This document shows positions 59,451 to 64,000 of a DNA stretch of 64,000 nucleotides, one piece after another. This DNA comes from an uncultured Gemmatimonadales bacterium (GTDB lineage: Bacteria > Gemmatimonadota > Gemmatimonadetes > Gemmatimonadales > GWC2-71-9): NCBI GenBank assembly GCA_963798915.1, contig CAWCVB010000006.1:192001-256000 (forward strand), given 5' to 3'. Made by a program: the position numbers and the translations under genes. Numbering within the stretch: position 1 is the stretch's first letter; each line of letters starts with the position of its first letter. The notes beneath the pieces are model-generated. The model did not search any database. It was not told the DNA's origin and worked only from the letters and a program-made list of their open reading frames with translations.

Positions 59451-60493
59451 AGCACCGGTGCGGCCAGCGGCCCAGCCGGCCGCGGCTCGATCCTGAGCCG
59501 GCGCAGCGTGTCCGCCACGTACCCCACGTCTTCACGCGAGCCGATCACAAGCGGGATCCGCTGGTGGAGTGCCGTCGGCACAACGTCGAGGATGCGGTTG
59601 AGGCCATCGGTGGCCGAACCCTGGGCCTGCTCCGCGATGTACGCCATCGGTGCGGCTTCGTAGAGCAGGCGCAGCTTTCCCCTCGGGTTCTTCGTGTCGG
59701 CAGGATAGAGGAAGATGCCGCCCGCGATGAGGTTCCGATGGAAGTCCGCCACCAGCGAGCCGATGTAGCGCGAGTTCTTGCCGCGAATCTCCTCGGGGCG
59801 GTCCCCGTGAAAGCCTCGCACCACGTACTGCATGGCGCGGTCCCAGCGCGCGAAATTGCTCTCGTTGACGCTGTAGTAGGTTCCCACCCGTGGAATGACG
59901 ATGCGCGGATGGCTGAGCAGGAATTCACCCACCGTCGGATCCAGGGTGAAGCCGTGCACCCCCTGGCCCGTGGTATAGACCATCATCGTGCTCGAACCGT
60001 ACATGACATAGCCGGCCGCCACCTGGTGGCACCCGGCCTGGAGAATGTCTTCCACCGTCCCGCGACCCTCCATCGAGCGCCGGCGATAGACGCTGAAGAT
60101 CGTCCCGACGGCGCCGTTCACGTCAATATTCGACGACCCGTCCAGCGGATCGAACATCACCGCGTACTTGCCCGCTTCGAACTGGGGCGGCACCTGGATG
60201 ATGTCGCCTTCTTCCTCCGAGCACATGACGCAGACCCGCCCCGTATGACTCAGGCAGTTCTTGATGATCTCGTTGGCCAGGACGTCGAGCTTCTGCTGGT
60301 CCTCGCCCTGAACATTGCCGCTCCCGGCCGCGCCCAGGATGTCCACCAGACCGGCGCGGCGAATGGCCGCCGCGATCATCTTGGCGGCCAGCGCAATGTC
60401 GTACAGGAGGTTCGACAGCTCTCCGGTCGCTTCGGGATAGCGATCTTCCTGATCGAGAATGAACCGCTCGATGGTTGTCGCGCTGGTGATCAC
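59447..60493 (-). CDS. fbp: Class 1 fructose-1,6-bisphosphatase
   Basis: Motifs [39 protein letters not shown] start at 60493. Confidence 0.95.
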   Translation of the reverse strand: MITSATTIERFILDQEDRYPEATGELSNLLYDIALAAKMIAAAIRRAGLVDILGAAGSGNVQGEDQQKLDVLANEIIKNCLSHTGRVCVMCSEEEGDIIQVPPQFEAGKYAVMFDPLDGSSNIDVNGAVGTIFSVYRRRSMEGRGTVEDILQAGCHQVAAGYVMYGSSTMMVYTTGQGVHGFTLDPTVGEFLLSHPRIVIPRVGTYYSVNESNFARWDRAMQYVVRGFHGDRPEEIRGKNSRYIGSLVADFHRNLIAGGIFLYPADTKNPRGKLRLLYEAAPMAYIAEQAQGSATDGLNRILDVVPTALHQRIPLVIGSREDVGYVADTLRRLRIEPRPAGPLAAPVL

Positions 60494-62745
60494 GGCTCCA
60501 TCTCCTGCGCTGGGGGCTGGTACTCGGCGCGCCGACGTCTGCCGGCGACGCTCACGTGGTAGCCGTCGGTGGTCACCGCGATGGATCCGTCCTGGTCCGT
60601 TCGCCATACGGCGATGCCGTGCTGTGCAAGTCGTGCCAGCGCTTGCTGGCTCGGGTGACCATAGCGATTGTGGCCAACACTTACGACTGCGAGTTCTGGG
60701 TGCAACTCATCGAGCCATCGGTCGCCGCTTGCCCAGCGGCTTCCATGGTGGCCCACCTTGAGCAGGTCCACCCGGCCCACCGATCCGGCCATGCGCGTTT
60801 CGGCGGGAAATCCGGCGTCGCCGGCGAGAAGCGCGCGAAACGCCCGGTACTCCACCAGCAGCACCGCCGAGTCCTCGTTGAGATCAAGGCCCCATGCGGC
60901 CCAGGCCGTGTCTGGATGCAGCACTGTGAATCGGACGCTGTCGATCTCGAAATGCAGGCCTGAGCGGGCTGGCCGCCAGCGGGCGCCGTCCTCCGCCACC
61001 GCGGCAAGGAAGTCGGTGTAGACCGGATCGGCCACGAGTTCACCCGGCTCCACGACCACGCCGGTCCGGACCTGATCCAGCACCGCCGGCGCTCCGCCAA
61101 TGTGATCGGCATGCGCGTGAGAGATGATCATCACGTCGAGCCGGTGCACTCTGTGGCGGGCCAGGAACGGCAGTACCACGCGCCGGCCGGCGTCGGATGT
61201 GGGAGAGCGCGGGCCGGCGTCCACCAGCACCCAATGGCCGTGCGGCGTGCGAATGGCCGCGCCGTCGCCCTGTCCCACATCGAGAAAATGTAACGTGAGG
61301 CCATCGCGGCCGTCACCCGCGGGGGCCGGCAGCACGGCCAGCGCGGCGATCCACGACGCGAGCGCCAGCGTCGCTGCAACTCGCCGGGCTGCCTCCGGGA
61401 GTGTGACGAAGGGTCCGGCTGCCCACCGGACCGCCATCAGCACGACTCCGGCGCCGACGGCAGAAGCCAAGGTGGGCGGCACAAGCAGGCACCCGTGAGG
61501 TAATGCGGCACCGGCGCGCGCCAGGAGCTCGAGGGCGTGGAGCCCAAGCCCAGCGCCCGCAGCGAGCGCTCCAGCGAGACCCGGCAGCACAGGATGGACC
61601 AGGAGACTGGCGACGACCCCGGGCACCGCCAGGGCGGCCAGCGGGATGGCCGCGAGGTTGAGGACAATGCCGATCAGCGGCACGGTTCCGAAGATTCCTG
61701 CTGTGATCGGAGCGGTCGCGAGGGTGGCGCCGGTGGACGTCGCGACCAGCCGTGGGAGAGTGCGCGCACTGAGGACTCGTTCGCACCACGCCGCCGCCCA
61801 CGCGGCGCCCGCCAGGGCCGCCACCGAGAGCCAGGCTCCCACCGAAACGACGGCCCACGGGTCGCCCAGGGCCACCAGAAGGCAGGTAAGCGCGAGCAGG
61901 GGTCCGAGCGACGCGTGACGTTGGCGCTGCAGCTGGGCGGCCCCGAGCAGGCACAGCACCGCGGCGCGCGTCGCTGGCGCGGGCCAGCCCAGGAATCCGG
62001 CGTAGGCGACGCCAACCGAAGCGCCACACCACAGCGCCCGCCGCCGGTCAAAACCCAGGGCACGCACCGCGAGCACGATCCAGGCGACAATGAGCCCGAC
62101 GTGAAACCCGGAGATGCTGAGCAGATGCACCAGGCCACTGCTGGCGAAGCTCCGCTTGATCTCGGGATCGAGGCTGCCGCGTGCGCCGAGCACAAGGGCA
62201 TCCACCAGGGGCGCGCGCGCGCCGTAGAGCATACGACTCGAGCGTGCCAGCTGGCGGCGGATCCGTTCGGACGGCGTGGGATGGTCACCCAGGCCGTGGA
62301 GATCGTGCGCGACCAGGATGCCGCCGACCAGCCCCAGGGGGCCGCTTCGCGACAGCCATCGCCCCCGGACCCGGACAACCCTGCCCGCCGGAAGCGTTTT
62401 TCCCGCCGGCAGGAGCATTGTTACCCGGCCACGACAGCCGGCGGCAAGCGGCGTCGCCGATGCCTGGCCGTGGCCCTCGCCCTCATCATGCAGGCGCAGG
62501 GTCAGCTCGATGCTGCCCGATGGAAGACGTGCGGCGCAGGCCTGGGCGGCGGACCACCGGGCCGTACGGCCGGTCGCCACGCCCAGCAGCACGGCCACCC
62601 CCGCGAAGCGCAGGTGTCCCTTGCTCGTCGAGAGCAGGACGGTCAGCGCCAGCACGCAGCACAGTCCCCAAAAATGCGAAAGGCCGGTCAGCAGACCGGC
62701 CCCGAAAACCAGGATGAACATCGAGCCAGCGCGCGCCGGCCCCAT
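60490..62745 (-). CDS. comEC: ComEC/Rec2 competence protein
   Basis: Motifs [36 protein letters not shown]. Confidence 0.92.
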   Translation of the reverse strand: MGPARAGSMFILVFGAGLLTGLSHFWGLCCVLALTVLLSTSKGHLRFAGVAVLLGVATGRTARWSAAQACAARLPSGSIELTLRLHDEGEGHGQASATPLAAGCRGRVTMLLPAGKTLPAGRVVRVRGRWLSRSGPLGLVGGILVAHDLHGLGDHPTPSERIRRQLARSSRMLYGARAPLVDALVLGARGSLDPEIKRSFASSGLVHLLSISGFHVGLIVAWIVLAVRALGFDRRRALWCGASVGVAYAGFLGWPAPATRAAVLCLLGAAQLQRQRHASLGPLLALTCLLVALGDPWAVVSVGAWLSVAALAGAAWAAAWCERVLSARTLPRLVATSTGATLATAPITAGIFGTVPLIGIVLNLAAIPLAALAVPGVVASLLVHPVLPGLAGALAAGAGLGLHALELLARAGAALPHGCLLVPPTLASAVGAGVVLMAVRWAAGPFVTLPEAARRVAATLALASWIAALAVLPAPAGDGRDGLTLHFLDVGQGDGAAIRTPHGHWVLVDAGPRSPTSDAGRRVVLPFLARHRVHRLDVMIISHAHADHIGGAPAVLDQVRTGVVVEPGELVADPVYTDFLAAVAEDGARWRPARSGLHFEIDSVRFTVLHPDTAWAAWGLDLNEDSAVLLVEYRAFRALLAGDAGFPAETRMAGSVGRVDLLKVGHHGSRWASGDRWLDELHPELAVVSVGHNRYGHPSQQALARLAQHGIAVWRTDQDGSIAVTTDGYHVSVAGRRRRAEYQPPAQEMEP

Positions 62746-62755
62746 CAGCCCGAGC

Positions 62756-63043
62756 TCATGAGTCCGGTCGGGCCGCGGTGCGACCACAGCGGGGAGCCTG
62801 GTTCACTCGCTTGAAGCCCTGCATCACGATGACTTCGATCTGCGCACGGGATTGATCCTTCTCCAGGGCCAATTCCGTCATGACGCTCCCTTCCCGGGTG
62901 TTGACGTAGCGCGCCGGCAGCCGATTGAGTGCGTAAATCAGGACGTCTCCGCGGCATGTCTCGCAACCGCAGAAATCCGGAAAGTGGGTGAGCAGACCAT
63001 CGTAAGCGGCTTCCACATGCTCTTCGGCCATGTTCTTGATCAT
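62756..63043 (-). CDS. ComFB-family protein
   Basis: Motifs KNMAEE and CGCETCRGDVLIYALNRLPARY. Confidence 0.88.
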   Translation of the reverse strand: MIKNMAEEHVEAAYDGLLTHFPDFCGCETCRGDVLIYALNRLPARYVNTREGSVMTELALEKDQSRAQIEVIVMQGFKRVNQAPRCGRTAARPDS

Positions 63044-63999
63044 AGCAGTGCCAATCCCCTTTCCTGCATCATCATCCCGGTGAAAGTCGAACCAGTCGAA
63101 CCCGTCAGCCGCACGGTCACGTACCGGCCGATATCGGCTGGACCCAGGGGCAACAGCACCATCTGGTTCCCCCGGGTACGGCCCAGCATCATCCCGCCCC
63201 GACGAGCGGGTCGCTCGACCAGCACCTCATGCCCGGTGCCAACCCGGCCCAGATTTCGCTGCCGGGTCTGGGCTCGCACCAGGACAATGAGGCGGGCCAG
63301 TCGTTCCGACGACTCCTCATCGCTGACCGCCTCCTTCATGCGGGTCGCCGGGGTCCCGTCCCGGGGCGAATACTTGAACGTGTACGCGTCGTCAAAGCCC
63401 GCCTCGGTGACCAGTGACAACGTTTCGGCAAACTGCGCCTCGGTTTCGCCCGGAAAGCCGACGATGATGTCGGTCGAGAACGTGATGCCGGGAATGGCGC
63501 TCCGGAGCCGCTCGACGACGGCCAGGTATTGCTCCCGCGAATAGCGCCGCAACATCCGCCGCAGCACCGCATTGGAGCCGCTCTGGACCGGCAGGTGGAC
63601 GTGCTCACAGACCGCCGGCGTGCTGGCCATGGCTTCGATGACGCCGGATGTGAACTCTGTCGGATACGGACTGGTGAACCGAAGGCGTCGAATGCCGTCC
63701 ACCGCACCCACCTGGCGCAACAGCTCGCCAAAATCGTGAGTGCCGTCGTGATAACTGTTGACCGTCTGCCCCAGCAGGGTCACCTCGGTGGTGCCCTGAG
63801 CCGCCAGTCCGCGTACCTCGTCCACGACATCCAGGAGCTTACGACTCCGCTCCGCACCGCGCGTGTACGGAACAATGCAGAAGGTGCACCGGAAATCGCA
63901 TCCGCGCTGCACCGTGACGAACTGCGTCGGGCCTGGCTGCCGGATCGGTGGCACATCTTCGTAGTGCTCCCACGATCGAAACCCGGTGTCGACGACCCG
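63040..63999 (-). CDS. miaB: tRNA-2-methylthio-N6-dimethylallyladenosine synthase (5' part outside the window)
   Basis: Radical-SAM motif GCDFRCTFCIVPYTRG, LLGQTVNSY, IIVGFPGET, C-terminal TRAM domain. Confidence 0.92.
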   Translation of the reverse strand, partial: RVVDTGFRSWEHYEDVPPIRQPGPTQFVTVQRGCDFRCTFCIVPYTRGAERSRKLLDVVDEVRGLAAQGTTEVTLLGQTVNSYHDGTHDFGELLRQVGAVDGIRRLRFTSPYPTEFTSGVIEAMASTPAVCEHVHLPVQSGSNAVLRRMLRRYSREQYLAVVERLRSAIPGITFSTDIIVGFPGETEAQFAETLSLVTEAGFDDAYTFKYSPRDGTPATRMKEAVSDEESSERLARLIVLVRAQTRQRNLGRVGTGHEVLVERPARRGGMMLGRTRGNQMVLLPLGPADIGRYVTVRLTGSTGSTFTGMMMQERGLALL

Positions 64000-64000
64000 G

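Overview
High-GC bacterial chromosomal segment. Gene content and order suggest Gemmatimonadota, which is an inference only. It is mostly a dense minus-strand housekeeping backbone: miaB(partial)-comFB-comEC-fbp-mcm, fmdB-argS-pfkB-purM, ribD-ribE-ribBA-ribH-nusB-GT4-hpf-hprK-Man-family PTS-ptsH-ptsI, metK, DUF151, a cobalamin riboswitch with btuFCD-btuB, recO-selB, clpB-tadA, pyrR-pyrB-pyrC, S2P-scpAB-rluB, a MoxR/Bat cluster, and mutL-miaA-bshA-uppP-birA-coaX-UbiA. rpsT is on the plus strand. The only accessory-looking region is ~22.4-28.9 kb, around two tRNA-Ser genes (GGA and CGA). It carries a two-gene operon of small proteins, an NnrS-like membrane protein with a stand-alone ScdA_N (DUF542) protein, and a CBS/phosphoribosyltransferase/erythromycin-esterase/hydrolase cluster. 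The most unusual element there is a ~3x125-bp tandem array fused to the 3' end of tRNA-Ser(CGA). Each full unit ends in the tRNA's last 19 nt and can fold into an 89-nt acceptor/T-stem mimic. Several 7-bp-period intergenic tracts are also present. No CRISPR array, transposase, integrase or rRNA was seen. Start codons were refined by eye from gene overlaps and RBS; no database searches were run.
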